DNA of 64,000 nucleotides from an uncultured delta proteobacterium (GTDB lineage Bacteria; Myxococcota_A; Polyangia; Polyangiales; Polyangiaceae). Where the stretch lies: positions 128,001-192,000 of the forward strand of contig CAWKKR010000007.1 of assembly GCA_963850305.1 (NCBI GenBank), read 5' to 3'. Shown here in pieces: positions 1 through 10,721 of the stretch; position 1 is the stretch's first letter; every line of letters begins with the position of its first letter. The position numbers were made by a program, and so were the translations under genes. Below the pieces are notes generated by a model. It saw only the letters and a list, made by a program, of their open reading frames with translations, was not told the origin of the DNA and did not search any database.

Positions 1-2
1 AC

Positions 3-206
3 AAGCAGCAGGTTACGGGTTCGATCATCGCGGGCACGATCGTGAACGCGCCCGGAATCACGCTCGTCGGCACCTTCACGGCGAGCTTCGTCGGTCCGGG
101 GGCACTCTCCGGAAATTGGAGCGAACAGGAATCGCCCGGACCCGCGGTGCAAATCACACCCCAGGATGGAACTGGAAGCGGGAGCTGGGTCGCGACTCCG
201 AACTGA
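3..206 (+). CDS. 3' end of a hypothetical, probably secreted, protein (runs off the window start)
   Basis: Open frame KQQVTGSIIAGTIVNAPG...GSGSWVATPN ending at TGA 204-206; beta-rich G/T/S composition. Confidence 0.5.
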   Translation, partial: KQQVTGSIIAGTIVNAPGITLVGTFTASFVGPGALSGNWSEQESPGPAVQITPQDGTGSGSWVATPN

Positions 207-249
207 GCCAGCGGGCGATCCCGCAAGAACAGCCGTCGTCATCCGTGGT

Positions 250-948
250 TCATGGATCGAAGAGCCCTCTCGCGAGCGCGATGGGTTCGATGCACGCCGG
301 GCCGTCGTGCCCAGGCTTGTTCACCCAGGAGCTGACCGGAACGGCGACGAGCTCAGGAGACGTCGCGGCGAGGAGCCGCGAAAGTGTACCGGGATCGCGC
401 GGTCCTGGAGCGAGCCATTCGTCGTAGCTCGGTTCCGAAAGGATTGCGGGCATTCGGGAGTGGAGCTCCGCGACCGGTGCCACGGAGGGCTTCGTGACGA
501 CCGTGAACGTTTCCACAATCTCCCCGTCGTGCGACATCCACCGGTCCCAGAGCCCCGCCATCGCGAGAAGAGCGCGGTCGACCCGCGTGACATAATAGGG
601 CTGCTTCCCTTTTTCGCGCCGTTGCCATTCGTAAAAGCCGTCCACTACGACGAGGCAGCGGCGCTCGCGGAAGGGGTCGCGGAACGTGTTTCGCTCCGCG
701 AGAGTCTCCATGCGAGCGTTGATGAGCTGGTGGGCAATCGACGATTCTCGCGACCACGAGGGCACGAGGCCCCAGCGCAGTAGATCGATGCGACGACCCT
801 CCGTTGCCGACAGAACGCGAACCACCGGAACGATGTCGCTCGGCGCAACGTTGTATCTCGGGCGGACGTCGAGTCGAGCCGGAACGCCGGTGATGCTGAA
901 CTCGCGGTGGAGGCGCGCCGGATCGGCCTGGCTGAAGCGACCACACAC
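250..948 (-). CDS. SOS response-associated peptidase (SRAP/YedK/HMCES-like abasic-site protein)
   Basis: N-terminal MCGRF; motifs RYNVAPS, LRWGLVP, INARMET, RRCLVVVDGFYEW, HSRMPAIL. Confidence 0.95.
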   Translation of the reverse strand: MCGRFSQADPARLHREFSITGVPARLDVRPRYNVAPSDIVPVVRVLSATEGRRIDLLRWGLVPSWSRESSIAHQLINARMETLAERNTFRDPFRERRCLVVVDGFYEWQRREKGKQPYYVTRVDRALLAMAGLWDRWMSHDGEIVETFTVVTKPSVAPVAELHSRMPAILSEPSYDEWLAPGPRDPGTLSRLLAATSPELVAVPVSSWVNKPGHDGPACIEPIALARGLFDP

Positions 949-1061
949 CCCATCAACATAACAGCGGATGCGCCGCGAGTGCGCGTTTACGGATGCCGCC
1001 GAGTACGGCTAAGCTCCCGGGTTCCCATGCCCCTCGCTCGCTCGAAATCGCAGTCTTCTCG

Positions 1062-3794
1062 ATGACGCCAGAAACGGACGACCGCGAGAGGGAACGTCTC
1101 GCGGAAGATGAGGCCCGCCAGAAGAACTGGAAGCGCTGGGGGCCGTACCTCTCGGAACGTCAGTGGGGCACCGTGCGCGAGGACTACTCGGACGCCGGGG
1201 ATTCGTGGGAGTATTTCCCGCACGAGCAGGCGCGAAGTCGTGCCTACCGGTGGGGTGAGGACGGGCTGCTCGGTATCTGCGATCGGCAAGCACGACTCTG
1301 CTTCGCGTTCGCCCTCTGGAACGAGAAGGACCCGATTCTCAAGGAGCGCCTGTTCGGGCTGACCGGCCCGGAGGGTAACCACGGCGAGGACGTCAAGGAG
1401 CTCTATTATTACCTCGATGCGACGCCCACGAGCTCGTATCTGAAGGCGCTCTACAAGTACCCGCAGGCGGCGTTCCCTTACGAGTTGCTCCTGGCGGAGA
1501 ACCGCAAGCGGAGCCGGCTGCAGCCCGAATACGAGGTCGTCGACACCGGTGTCTTCGACGAAAGCCGTTACTTCGACGTCCTCGTCGAATACGCGAAGGT
1601 GGCCCCCGACGACATTTTGATTTCTCTCACGGTCTCGAATCGCGGGCCCGAGAGAGCGTCGCTTCACGTGCTCCCGACACTCTGGTTCCGGAACACGTGG
1701 GTCTGGGGACGTACGGGGGAGGGCTACTCGACGCGACCGGAGATTGTCCGGACGAGTCCGACGAGCGTCACGGCGCACCATCCGGAGTTCGACGAAATGC
1801 AGCTCTGCTTCGATCTAGCCGACGGAGCAGCTCCGGAGCTCCTCTTCACCGAGAACGAAACGAATGCAAAGCGCCTCTTCGGCTCGGTTTCGGTCGCGCC
1901 GCACACCAAAGACGCCTTTCACGACTACGTCGTCGCGAAGGACGTCCAGGCCGTCAACGCCGACGGTCGTGGCACGAAGGTGGCTGCGCATTATCGACTG
2001 TCGCTCCAGGCGGGCGCGTCCATGACGTTGCGCGCGCGCCTTTCGAGCACTCACACGGGAGTCACGGCGCCGTTCGACGGCCGGTTCGCCTCCGAGTTTT
2101 CCGCGCGGAAGAGCGAAGCGGACGCGTTTTACGCCTCCGTGCTGCCCAGGAACGCGACGCCGGACGAACTGGAGATCGCGCGACAGGCTCATGCCGGGCT
2201 CTTCTGGTCGAAGCAATTCTATCACTACGCCGTCGATCAGTGGATCGACGGCGATCCGCCGTGGCCCCGGTCCCCCGCGGCGCGACCCCTCGCTCGAAAC
2301 CAGCAGTGGCGTCACGTCTACTGCAGGGACGTCATCTCGATGCCGGACAAGTGGGAGTACCCGTGGTTCGCCGCGTGGGATCTCGCGTTCCATATGCTGC
2401 CGTTCGCGCGGACGGATCCGAACTTCGCAAAAGATCAGCTCATCCTCCTGCTCCGCGAGTGGTACATGCACCCGAACGGGCAGATCCCCGCCTACGAGTT
2501 CGCCTTCGGGGACGTCAATCCGCCGGTTCACGCGTGGGCGGCGTTTCGAGTTTACAAGATGTCGGCGCCGCGCGGGCATCGCGACGTGAAGTTTCTCGCG
2601 CGAACCTTCCAGAAGCTTCTCTTGAACTTCACATGGTGGGTGAATCGAAAGGACGAGCAGGGCAACAACCTCTTTGCCGGAGGATTTCTCGGGCTCGACA
2701 ACATCGGGATCTTCGATCGCTCGAAGCCATTGCCCACCGGTGGATACCTCGAACAGGCCGACGGAACGGCGTGGATGGCGTTCTACTCGGCGACGATGCT
2801 TTCGATCGCTCTCGAGCTGGCTCAGTTCGATCGTGCGTACGAGGACATGGCGTCGAAGTTTTTCGAACACTTCGTGGCAATCGTCGACGCGATGAACACG
2901 TTCGGCGGGACCGGTCTCTGGGACGAGGTCGACGGCTTCTATTACGACCAGCTTCACGTGCACGGTAATCCGATACCGCTCCGGACTCGTTCGATGGTCG
3001 GTGTGATCCCGCTCTTCGCGGTCGGCGTGCTCGAAGACGAGGTCATCAATCACCTGCCGGGATTCAAGAAGCGACTGGAGTGGTTTCTGGAAAACCGCCG
3101 TGATCTGTCGGCCCACATTTCCTACCTCGAGCACGATCACGAAGACTGCGGCCGCCGGCTTCTCGCCGTCCCGTCGCGGGAACGGCTTGAACGCGTGCTC
3201 CGATACGTGCTCGACGAGAAAGAATTCCTTTCACCGCACGGCGTGCGCTCGCTCAGCCGCGTCCATCTCGAGCACCCATTCGTTCTCGACGTGGAAGGCG
3301 TCGAGCACCGGGTGGCGTACACGCCGGGGGATTCCGACAGCTGGCTCTTTGGCGGCAATTCCAACTGGCGCGGGCCCGTCTGGTTCCCGCTCAACTACCT
3401 TCTGGTCGAGGCCCTGGAGCGGTACCACCACTTCTATGGCGATGGGCTCCGCGTCGAATGCCCCGCCGGATCCGGTCGACTGATGAACCTGGACCAGGTG
3501 GCGGGGGAGATCGCGGCACGGCTCTCGAACATCTTTCTTCCACGCGCGGACGGATCGCGACCCTGCCACGGAGACGATCGGCGCTACGCCACCGATCCGA
3601 ACTTTCGCGATCTCCTCCTCTTCAACGAATACTTCAATGGGGACGACGGTCGGGGCGTCGGCGCGACGCACCAGACGGGGTGGACCGCCCTCGTCGTCGG
3701 CTGTCTCGAGGGTGTCGCGCAGCGCCGCGCGGGCACACCCCGCGCAACGTCGCTGGCCCCGCCCGTTCCGCCTCGCTCAGCGCGCGAGCAGTGA
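1062..3794 (+). CDS. MGH1-like / GH63 glucosidase
   Basis: WKRWGPYLSERQWGTVREDYS, SMPDKWEYPWFAAWDLAFH, GGNSNWRGPVW and HQTGWT motifs. ATG 1062 preferred; the ORF opens at 993. Confidence 0.92.
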   Translation: MTPETDDRERERLAEDEARQKNWKRWGPYLSERQWGTVREDYSDAGDSWEYFPHEQARSRAYRWGEDGLLGICDRQARLCFAFALWNEKDPILKERLFGLTGPEGNHGEDVKELYYYLDATPTSSYLKALYKYPQAAFPYELLLAENRKRSRLQPEYEVVDTGVFDESRYFDVLVEYAKVAPDDILISLTVSNRGPERASLHVLPTLWFRNTWVWGRTGEGYSTRPEIVRTSPTSVTAHHPEFDEMQLCFDLADGAAPELLFTENETNAKRLFGSVSVAPHTKDAFHDYVVAKDVQAVNADGRGTKVAAHYRLSLQAGASMTLRARLSSTHTGVTAPFDGRFASEFSARKSEADAFYASVLPRNATPDELEIARQAHAGLFWSKQFYHYAVDQWIDGDPPWPRSPAARPLARNQQWRHVYCRDVISMPDKWEYPWFAAWDLAFHMLPFARTDPNFAKDQLILLLREWYMHPNGQIPAYEFAFGDVNPPVHAWAAFRVYKMSAPRGHRDVKFLARTFQKLLLNFTWWVNRKDEQGNNLFAGGFLGLDNIGIFDRSKPLPTGGYLEQADGTAWMAFYSATMLSIALELAQFDRAYEDMASKFFEHFVAIVDAMNTFGGTGLWDEVDGFYYDQLHVHGNPIPLRTRSMVGVIPLFAVGVLEDEVINHLPGFKKRLEWFLENRRDLSAHISYLEHDHEDCGRRLLAVPSRERLERVLRYVLDEKEFLSPHGVRSLSRVHLEHPFVLDVEGVEHRVAYTPGDSDSWLFGGNSNWRGPVWFPLNYLLVEALERYHHFYGDGLRVECPAGSGRLMNLDQVAGEIAARLSNIFLPRADGSRPCHGDDRRYATDPNFRDLLLFNEYFNGDDGRGVGATHQTGWTALVVGCLEGVAQRRAGTPRATSLAPPVPPRSAREQ

Positions 3795-4439
3795 ACCAAG
3801 CCGGGCGCGGACGTCCGGCCATTCTGCGCGGATGATCGAGAAGAACGCCGAATCTCGCACGATGCCGTCCGTTGCGGGCTTGTCCGCGCGCCGGATCCCC
3901 TCGAACGTCGCCCCGAGTCGGACGATCGCGTTCCGCGAACGCTGGTTTCGCGCGTCCGTACGGAGTGCCACACGATGCACGTCCCACACGTCGAACGCGT
4001 GGGTGAGGAGGAGTAACTTCGCTTCCGTGTTACAAGGTGTGCGCTGTGCGGATGCGGCGAGCCACGTGTGGCCGATCTCGACGACGTCCGGTCGATTCAC
4101 ACGGCAGAACGGTGAATCCACCGGCCATTCCCACGACTGAAGGTCCCAAAAGCTCGTGCTCCCGACGACTCGTGAGCGCCAGACTATCGTGAACGGAATT
4201 CGGAGTCCGGCGCTTCTGTCGCGGAGGGCTCGTTCGACGTAGCGAGCCGCGCCTTCGACGCCGTCCGGGACGGGACTGAGCCCGTAGTGTTCACGCGACT
4301 CGGCTGCTGCGACGGAAAGGGGCTTGGCGTCCGCCATCGAGAGCGGTCGGAGCACGATCTCCGGCCCTTCGAGCACGATCGGCGACGCTGCGAAATGTTC
4401 CACGCCAGGTCGACTACAACCTCGCTCCTTGTTCGTCAA
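3777..4439 (-). CDS. GNAT N-acetyltransferase, RimJ/RimL family
   Basis: VEIGHTWL, NTEAKLLLLTHAF, TDARNQRSRNAIVRLGATFEG. Confidence 0.9.
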   Translation of the reverse strand: MTNKERGCSRPGVEHFAASPIVLEGPEIVLRPLSMADAKPLSVAAAESREHYGLSPVPDGVEGAARYVERALRDRSAGLRIPFTIVWRSRVVGSTSFWDLQSWEWPVDSPFCRVNRPDVVEIGHTWLAASAQRTPCNTEAKLLLLTHAFDVWDVHRVALRTDARNQRSRNAIVRLGATFEGIRRADKPATDGIVRDSAFFSIIRAEWPDVRARLGSLLAR

Positions 4440-4480
4440 CGGTGTCGCGGTCGTCTATGCTGTCGTCGAAAGGCGGGAAC

Positions 4481-5617
4481 ATGAGCGGCGGCGAACACAT
4501 CATCCTCGTGCCTGGTCTCTTCGGGTTTTCGAGCATCGCGGGTATCGACTATTTCGCCGAAGCCGCGAAGATTCTCTCGCGAGCATGCGAGATACCCCTC
4601 GCCAACATCGAGACGTTACCGACGCCGCCCACCGGATCCTTCTGGCGGCGCGTCGATACCCTCCACGCATGCGTCCAGAAGATGGTTCGCGCCGAGGCGG
4701 CGAAGATCCATCTCGTCGGGCACTCGACGGGTGGCGTGGATGTCCGGTTGCTCACGAACTCGAGGTATCTCTGGCCCGGCGGGCCCGAAGGAAGGGCGCG
4801 GACGGCCTTTTTCGACCGGGTTGGCGCGGTCATCTCCATCTCCGCGCCCCACCAGGGAACCCCGATCGCACGAAGGTTTCGTGGGAAGATGGAATCGTCG
4901 ATCCCGTTCTTGTTCGGGATCAGCGTGCTCGCGAAGCTCGGCACTGGCTTTCTGAGCCACCTGAAGAATCTCGAGCTCGAAGCCGCGCTCGCGGTTGCCC
5001 TCACGACCGACTCCGACAAACCGCTGAACATGAGAATGCTCAGGGCCGCGGCAGGCGGCGCCGGTGCAGAGCTCGCGGACTTTCTCGCGCAGATTGTCGA
5101 AGATCACCCGTTGATTCACGAGCTCACCCCGTTTGCCATGGGCAAGCTGAATGCCAAGCTCGAAGGTGCCGACGACCAGCTCGAGGTCACCAACTTCGTC
5201 ACGGTTGCGCCACCACCCTCCGTCCACGCTGCGGACTTCAAGATTGGACAGCTGGTCGCACCGATCCAGAGGGTCCTCTATTTCGCGTCGTTCGAGGGGG
5301 CGCGGCTCGAGCCGGATGAATTCGGGCAGCTCCCCGATGCCCCATGGATCGGCATTCCGGAGAACCTCGACCGTTTCCGTCACGTCGCCCAGGACGGCGT
5401 CGTTCCTGCCGCGTCTCAGACGCACGATGGCCACGCGGCGGCTTTGATCTACGGTGACCACCTGGACGTGGTCGGGCACTACGTGGGCGCCGCGCACGGG
5501 GGCGAAACCGTCTTCGACTCCGGTGCGAACTTCGACGACGCGAGGATGGAAGCGACCTGGAAGGCCGTCGGCGCCGCGATCCGTGCGAAGCGCAACGCGC
5601 CTTCCGACCGGCAGTGA
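4481..5617 (+). CDS. Alpha/beta hydrolase, triacylglycerol lipase-like
   Basis: LVPGLFGF oxyanion motif, GHSTGG nucleophile elbow, APHQGTP, QDGVVP, DHLDVVGH. Confidence 0.85.
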   Translation: MSGGEHIILVPGLFGFSSIAGIDYFAEAAKILSRACEIPLANIETLPTPPTGSFWRRVDTLHACVQKMVRAEAAKIHLVGHSTGGVDVRLLTNSRYLWPGGPEGRARTAFFDRVGAVISISAPHQGTPIARRFRGKMESSIPFLFGISVLAKLGTGFLSHLKNLELEAALAVALTTDSDKPLNMRMLRAAAGGAGAELADFLAQIVEDHPLIHELTPFAMGKLNAKLEGADDQLEVTNFVTVAPPPSVHAADFKIGQLVAPIQRVLYFASFEGARLEPDEFGQLPDAPWIGIPENLDRFRHVAQDGVVPAASQTHDGHAAALIYGDHLDVVGHYVGAAHGGETVFDSGANFDDARMEATWKAVGAAIRAKRNAPSDRQ

Positions 5618-5693
5618 CTACCCGGAGTCGAGAAGAAAGCGCCCGCGATCGACTCGCCGTAAAGGAAGACGGAGAATGCGCGCTTCTGACGAT

Positions 5694-5722
5694 TTGTTGG
5701 GGTTTGTTTTTGCGACTATGCT
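5694..5722 (+). promoter_or_regulatory. Sigma70-type promoter for the aldose epimerase gene
   Basis: TTGTTG-N17-TATGCT, 9 nt before the TTG start at 5732. Confidence 0.45.
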
Positions 5723-5731
5723 CCGTCGCGT

Positions 5732-6610
5732 TTGAACGTCGCGAAACGGCACTCCAGGGATCCAGCGCTCGGTGACGTGCTGACGCTGACGGACGGCGCG
5801 GCGGGCGGTAGTTCCGTCGAGCTTTTTCCGGGACGCGGGGCGCTGGTCACGTCCTTCCGCGTCGGCGGCCGAGAGCTCCTCTATCTCGACGCCTCGACGC
5901 TGCACGACCTTTCGAAGAACGTTCGCGGAGGGATTCCGATCCTGTTCCCGGCGCCAGGCAAGCTCGACCACGACGAGTGGCGCCAGGGTGGTCACCGCGG
6001 CTCGATGAAGCAGCACGGTTTTGCGCGGAATCTCGCGTGGACGGTCGAGAAAACCGGGGTGGCTCCGTCGCCGTTCGCGACGCTCTCTCTGGCGTCATCC
6101 GACGTTACGCGTGCCCAATACCCCTGGGACTTTCAGGCGACGTTCACGTTCGTCCTGCGGGGCCCGAGTCTTCGCGTCGAGCAGACGATCGCGAACACGG
6201 GCGGCGAGCGGATGCCGTTCGGTATCGGATTTCATCCATACTTCGGCGTGTCGGATAAGGCGCACGCTCGGATCGACACCCGGGCCACGCGCGCGTTCGA
6301 CAACGTCACGAAGACGGAGGTCCCGTTCGAGGGGTTCGAGCTCACCGCGCCCGAACTCGACATTCATCTCCTCGATCACGGCAGCACGGCGAGCGCGCTT
6401 CACTTGCCCGACGGATCGCGGATCGACGTTGCCGGGTCGTCGAGCTTCACGCACTTCGTCGTATGGACGCTCGCGGGCAAGGATTTCGTCTGTCTCGAGC
6501 CGTGGACGATGCCAGGGAACGCGCTCAACACTGGCGATCGCTTGCTCTGGCTCGACCCGGGCGCGTCGCAAACGTCGTGGATCGAGCTTGCGTTCGTCGC
6601 GTCGGTCTGA
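5732..6610 (+). CDS. Aldose 1-epimerase / galactose mutarotase-like protein
   Basis: RGGIPILFP, QHGFARN, GFHPYF, FVCLEPW. Confidence 0.92.
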   Translation: MNVAKRHSRDPALGDVLTLTDGAAGGSSVELFPGRGALVTSFRVGGRELLYLDASTLHDLSKNVRGGIPILFPAPGKLDHDEWRQGGHRGSMKQHGFARNLAWTVEKTGVAPSPFATLSLASSDVTRAQYPWDFQATFTFVLRGPSLRVEQTIANTGGERMPFGIGFHPYFGVSDKAHARIDTRATRAFDNVTKTEVPFEGFELTAPELDIHLLDHGSTASALHLPDGSRIDVAGSSSFTHFVVWTLAGKDFVCLEPWTMPGNALNTGDRLLWLDPGASQTSWIELAFVASV

Positions 6611-6633
6611 CGCTTGCGCAGCCGGGCGATTGC

Positions 6634-7791
6634 CTAGGGCGCTGGCAATCGGGTGCGGACGTCCGCGCAGGTGGCATTGTCCGGCATCCGGACGGAAATC
6701 ATTTTCCCGGGTCCCGATGGCGTGAACACCGGACGGTTCTCGTCGATGAACCCCGACTGCGATGACGTGCACGTCGTGCCGCCCTGGACGTGACAGCCGA
6801 TGATGCTCGAGTCGATCGCCGCCACGCCACCGGGCGCGGCGATCGTCACCGCGCCGTCGAGCTCGTCGCAGCTCGTCAGCGTCCCGCTCAGCGACATGAC
6901 GGTTCGCTGCGCCAGGTAAAGTTGATCCGCAAGCGGTGTTCCGGGGAAGGGAATGCTCGTCGGTGGGTAGCTGTAACCGGGGCCGGTCGCGGGAATGATG
7001 GTGACTCCAGGGTTCTGGTCCTTGTCCTCATCCACTTCATTGACCGACGCCGTTCCCGGCCACTGCGCGGTCGCGGCATTGTCGAGGGTCAAGCCGATCA
7101 GATAGGCAAATGGGTTGGTCGTGAAACCGAACCCGGAGGGAGTGATCGTCACCGAGATCGTGAATGCGGTCGGCGGGATGTTCCCGCTGTCGAAGATGGT
7201 GTCCGGAAACCGAATACCGAAGGCCGATGCCCCACCGAAGATGTTCGTCTGGAAATCGGGGGTGGTGATGCCGCATGGCACCGAGGATGCGGTGACGGAT
7301 CCCCCGGGCGTCGCCTGAGTTTCGCGCGAGAGCACCCACTGGTTCAGCGTTCCCTGGCTCGCGATGATCGCGATCGTGGCGGGCCACGTGACCGGAACCT
7401 GACCGAACGTCGCCCAGGTGCCCGTGAAATTGCAGAGAAGAGGATTGAACGCGCCCGCATCGCTTCCCGTCCCTGTCGACACTCCACCGGTGCCGAGCGC
7501 GTTCGTGAACCCGCCCGTGCTCGTGAACCCGCCCGTGTTCGAGAAGCCGCCTGCGCCACTGGCAATTGCGAATCCCCCGCTGCCGTCAAAGAACCCGCTG
7601 GAACCACCTGCGAAGTCCGGTCCCGCGCCGCCGGCGCTCATTGATGTGCCACCCTCGGAACGGGGATCCGTCTCGTATGAGGGGGACCCTCCGAAGAGCC
7701 CTACGCCGCTAGACGATCCACATGCCGATACGGCCAGCAACGTGACGAGCGCCGGAGCAAAATGGCGAAATGACAACACGGAGCGCTTCAA
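6634..7791 (-). CDS. Secreted lipoprotein with Gly-rich linker, unknown function
   Basis: Lipobox VSAC, Gly/Ser/Thr linker, DEDKDQNPG Ca-loop-like motif, paired Cys. Start uncertain (7779-7827). Confidence 0.7.
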   Translation of the reverse strand: MKRSVLSFRHFAPALVTLLAVSACGSSSGVGLFGGSPSYETDPRSEGGTSMSAGGAGPDFAGGSSGFFDGSGGFAIASGAGGFSNTGGFTSTGGFTNALGTGGVSTGTGSDAGAFNPLLCNFTGTWATFGQVPVTWPATIAIIASQGTLNQWVLSRETQATPGGSVTASSVPCGITTPDFQTNIFGGASAFGIRFPDTIFDSGNIPPTAFTISVTITPSGFGFTTNPFAYLIGLTLDNAATAQWPGTASVNEVDEDKDQNPGVTIIPATGPGYSYPPTSIPFPGTPLADQLYLAQRTVMSLSGTLTSCDELDGAVTIAAPGGVAAIDSSIIGCHVQGGTTCTSSQSGFIDENRPVFTPSGPGKMISVRMPDNATCADVRTRLPAP

Positions 7792-7900
7792 CTTTCCCGA
7801 TCGGTGATCATGGCACCAATTGCCCACTCAGGGAACGTCGAACCACGTCCGAAGCCATGCCCCGGAGCTCATCGCCGCAATGCGTAATGCCGTCGAGCCC

Positions 7901-8239
7901 TCACCCGCGCGCCTTCACGATCAGGTAACGGAGCGGCTCCGTCTCCGATGAATTGGTCAATGCGAGCACGGAACCGAGCGGCAAATACACGACTTCCCCG
8001 GCGGTCAACGGATGGAGACCTCCATCCACGCTCGCCTCGCCCTGCCCCTCGAGTCCGATGACGACCTCCGGGAACTCTTGCTGCGCGTGCCGACCGACCG
8101 AGCCTCCAGGCTCGAGCTCGCACGACAGGACCGCCGTGAAAGGGGGGGCTGCGACGGAAAGGAGATTCCATACGTGCACGGCGCCGTGGCCTCCGAACAG
8201 GTTTGCGTGAACGAGCGGCGCGCCCTTCTGAATCCTCAT
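7901..8239 (-). CDS. Cupin domain protein
   Basis: LEPGGSVGRH..QEFPE....LEGQG cupin motif; 112 aa. Confidence 0.8.
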   Translation of the reverse strand: MRIQKGAPLVHANLFGGHGAVHVWNLLSVAAPPFTAVLSCELEPGGSVGRHAQQEFPEVVIGLEGQGEASVDGGLHPLTAGEVVYLPLGSVLALTNSSETEPLRYLIVKARG

Positions 8240-8321
8240 TGCCCCAGGGTAATCCGCGCTGTCCGAAATGCGCCAGGGTTCACCCCTTCCTGCGTCACCG
8301 CCGTCGCCGATGGCTCGAGCG

Positions 8322-9554
8322 CTAGAGCGACGTCTTCGAGAAATCTCGGAGGTAGTGGCAGGTGTAACCGCCCGGGTTCTTCTCGAGGTAGTGCTGGTGG
8401 TACTCCTCCGCGCGCGTGAACGGACCTGCGGGAACGACCTGCGTCACGACGGGAGCGGGCCACTCGTGGCTCGCGTCCACCTTCTTCTTCACGCGCTCCG
8501 CCGTTTCGAGCTGGGCAGCCGACGTCGCGAAGATTGCCGACCGATACTGCGACCCGATGTCGTTCCCCTGCTGGTTCGGGAGCGTCGGATCGTGCATCCG
8601 GAAAAACCACTTTTCGAGCAAATCCTCGTAGGACAGCTTCTTCGGATCGAAGATCACGCGCACGGATTCGGCGTCCCCGGTCGTCCCGGTGTGCACGTCT
8701 TCGTACGTCACGCCGGCCTTGCCGCCCTCGTAGCCGACCTCCGTCGAGACCACGCCGGGGATCTTGCGCAAGATTTCCTCCATTCCCCAGAAGCAACCGC
8801 CTGCGAGGATCGCCGTGTCGAGCGTCGCGGTGCATCCCGGCTTCTGTCCGGGCGCGGGCGTCGTGCAGCTGTTGCCGTCGGTGGCCGACGTCGGGGGCTC
8901 CGGTGCGTTCGTCGCAGCACTCGGTCCGAAGAGCGGCAAGTAAGCCCCGTAACCCTGCGCGGCGAGATCGTTCACGCGGATGAACCGGAGCGCGGCGGAG
9001 TTGATGCAGTAGCGTAGTCCCGTCGGCGGCGGCCCATCGTCGAACACGTGACCGAGGTGCGACTGGCCGTCGCGCGAACGCACCTCGGTGCGCTCCATCC
9101 CGAGCGTGCTGTCGGTGTGCTTGACGATGTGCGCCGGGTCCACCGGGCGGCTGAAGCTCGGCCAGCCCGTGCCGGAATCGAACTTGTCGCGCGAGCTGAA
9201 CAGCGGCTCGCCGCTGGCCACATCGACGTAGAGCCCCTCTTCGTGATTGTCCCAGTACTGATTCGCAAACGGAGGCTCGGTTGCAGCGTTCTGCGTCACT
9301 TCATACGAGAGCGGCGCGAGCATGCGCTTCAGCTCTTCGTCCGTCGGCTTCCGATAAGTGCGTGCCGTCACGGTAACTGGAGCCGCGGCCGTCGTGGGAG
9401 CAGATGGGGGCGACGGGGTGCTGGTCGCAGCAACGGGTTCCGGCAGAGGTGCGGCGCGTTGTGCGCAGCCGGTTGCAAGCGCGACGAAGAGCAGGCTGAA
9501 CAGCCGAAGGAATCGAGGAACGGCCTTTTCGGTTCCGGTGAACCAGATCCACAT
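8322..9554 (-). CDS. msrAB: Bifunctional methionine sulfoxide reductase (MsrB-MsrA order), lipoprotein
   Basis: Msr[31 protein letters not shown]. Msr[24 protein letters not shown]. Lipobox ATGC. Confidence 0.95.
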   Translation of the reverse strand: MWIWFTGTEKAVPRFLRLFSLLFVALATGCAQRAAPLPEPVAATSTPSPPSAPTTAAAPVTVTARTYRKPTDEELKRMLAPLSYEVTQNAATEPPFANQYWDNHEEGLYVDVASGEPLFSSRDKFDSGTGWPSFSRPVDPAHIVKHTDSTLGMERTEVRSRDGQSHLGHVFDDGPPPTGLRYCINSAALRFIRVNDLAAQGYGAYLPLFGPSAATNAPEPPTSATDGNSCTTPAPGQKPGCTATLDTAILAGGCFWGMEEILRKIPGVVSTEVGYEGGKAGVTYEDVHTGTTGDAESVRVIFDPKKLSYEDLLEKWFFRMHDPTLPNQQGNDIGSQYRSAIFATSAAQLETAERVKKKVDASHEWPAPVVTQVVPAGPFTRAEEYHQHYLEKNPGGYTCHYLRDFSKTSL

Positions 9555-9562
9555 GACTGGCG

Positions 9563-9589
9563 TACGGGGAAGGGGGCGATCCTGTTACA
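9563..9589 (-). promoter_or_regulatory. Possible ECF-sigma promoter of msrAB
   Basis: Minus strand TGTAAC-N17-CGTA, 8 nt upstream of ATG 9554; fits the AAC...CGT ECF pattern. Confidence 0.35.
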
Positions 9590-9815
9590 GGTCGAGTCGA
9601 GACCAACCGCGCACGCAAACTCGATGTACCAGGGCGCGACCGGGAGACTCGTGCATCGGTAGGTCGGGGGTAACATGGGGGCCGGCGCATCGGTCCAGGT
9701 CGTCCCCGGATGCCCCACCGAGGAAGCGCCGGTACACCGAGACATTCATGCAAAAAGGCACGCGCGTGAGTCCCGTGGCTGGCCCCGGCCCCCGGGAGAC
9801 CTTACGCTGGCGGAA

Positions 9816-10721
9816 ATGGATGCTCAGACGGACCTGGTAGCGCCTGCGCGCCCTGCGGGTCGGACCAAGACGAAGAAGATGGGCCCGGTGGCGGTTGCGC
9901 TGGCCTTCCTGGCCGGCAAACTGAAGTGGGCCTTCGCGGTCTTCAAGCTGGTCAAGCTGGCGACGCTCGCCAGCATGCTGCTCGCGATCGGCGTGTACGC
10001 AACGCTCTGGGGGCTCCCGTTCGCGCTCGGATTCGTGGCTCTGCTCTTCGTGCACGAGATGGGTCACGCGATCGCCATGCGCCGGGAAGGGATCCCCGCG
10101 AGCGCCCCCGTGTTCATCCCTTTCGTCGGGGCCGTCATCGCCATGCGCGGCATGCCGCGGGACGCTTGGGTGGAAGCCGTCGTGGGGATTGGTGGTCCCG
10201 TGCTCGGCACAGCGGGCGCTGCGGCCTGTCTCGTCGTTGCGTTCGTCACGGGGTCGCCGTTCTGGTTCGCGCTCGCCTCGACCGGCTTCATGTTGAACCT
10301 GTTCAACATGATCCCCGTATCGCCGCTCGACGGGGGGCGCGTCGTGGGCGTCGTCAGTCGCTGGCTCTGGGCCGTCGGATTCGTCGTCGGCATCGCCGTC
10401 TTCTTCGTGACCCGCTCGCCGCTGCTCCTGATCATCCTGCTCCTCGGCGCGCTCCAGCTCTGGAAGTCGCTCAAGGCACCGCGCACCGCGTATTACGACG
10501 TGCCTGTCATCCAGAGGGTCACCATGGGCGGCGCCTACTTCGGCCTTCTCGCCCTGATGACGCTCGGCATGTGGGTCTCAGAAGGGCCGCTGCACGCGGT
10601 CGGCGGGAATCAGCTCATGCTAACCGAAGGGGCCACGTTGCTCTTCGGTTCCGTGCCGCTCTTTGCCGGCTGGGCGCGCCGGCTGTTTCCTGGGTTTTCT
10701 GGTGGAGCCGCGGGGAATTGA
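9816..10721 (+). CDS. Site-2 protease (peptidase M50)
   Basis: HEMGH zinc motif, NLFNMIPVSPLDGG, multiple TM helices; TACGCT 7 nt before ATG 9816. Confidence 0.92.
   Translation: MDAQTDLVAPARPAGRTKTKKMGPVAVALAFLAGKLKWAFAVFKLVKLATLASMLLAIGVYATLWGLPFALGFVALLFVHEMGHAIAMRREGIPASAPVFIPFVGAVIAMRGMPRDAWVEAVVGIGGPVLGTAGAAACLVVAFVTGSPFWFALASTGFMLNLFNMIPVSPLDGGRVVGVVSRWLWAVGFVVGIAVFFVTRSPLLLIILLLGALQLWKSLKAPRTAYYDVPVIQRVTMGGAYFGLLALMTLGMWVSEGPLHAVGGNQLMLTEGATLLFGSVPLFAGWARRLFPGFSGGAAGN

Noticed and set aside
7811..7824. Sigma54-like TGGCACCAATTGC
   Set aside because: GG-GC spacing is 8 rather than 10, and it faces away from the adjacent gene.
250..10700. Prophage or genomic island integrated at ssrA
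   Set aside because: No integrase, att duplication, phage genes or evident composition shift.
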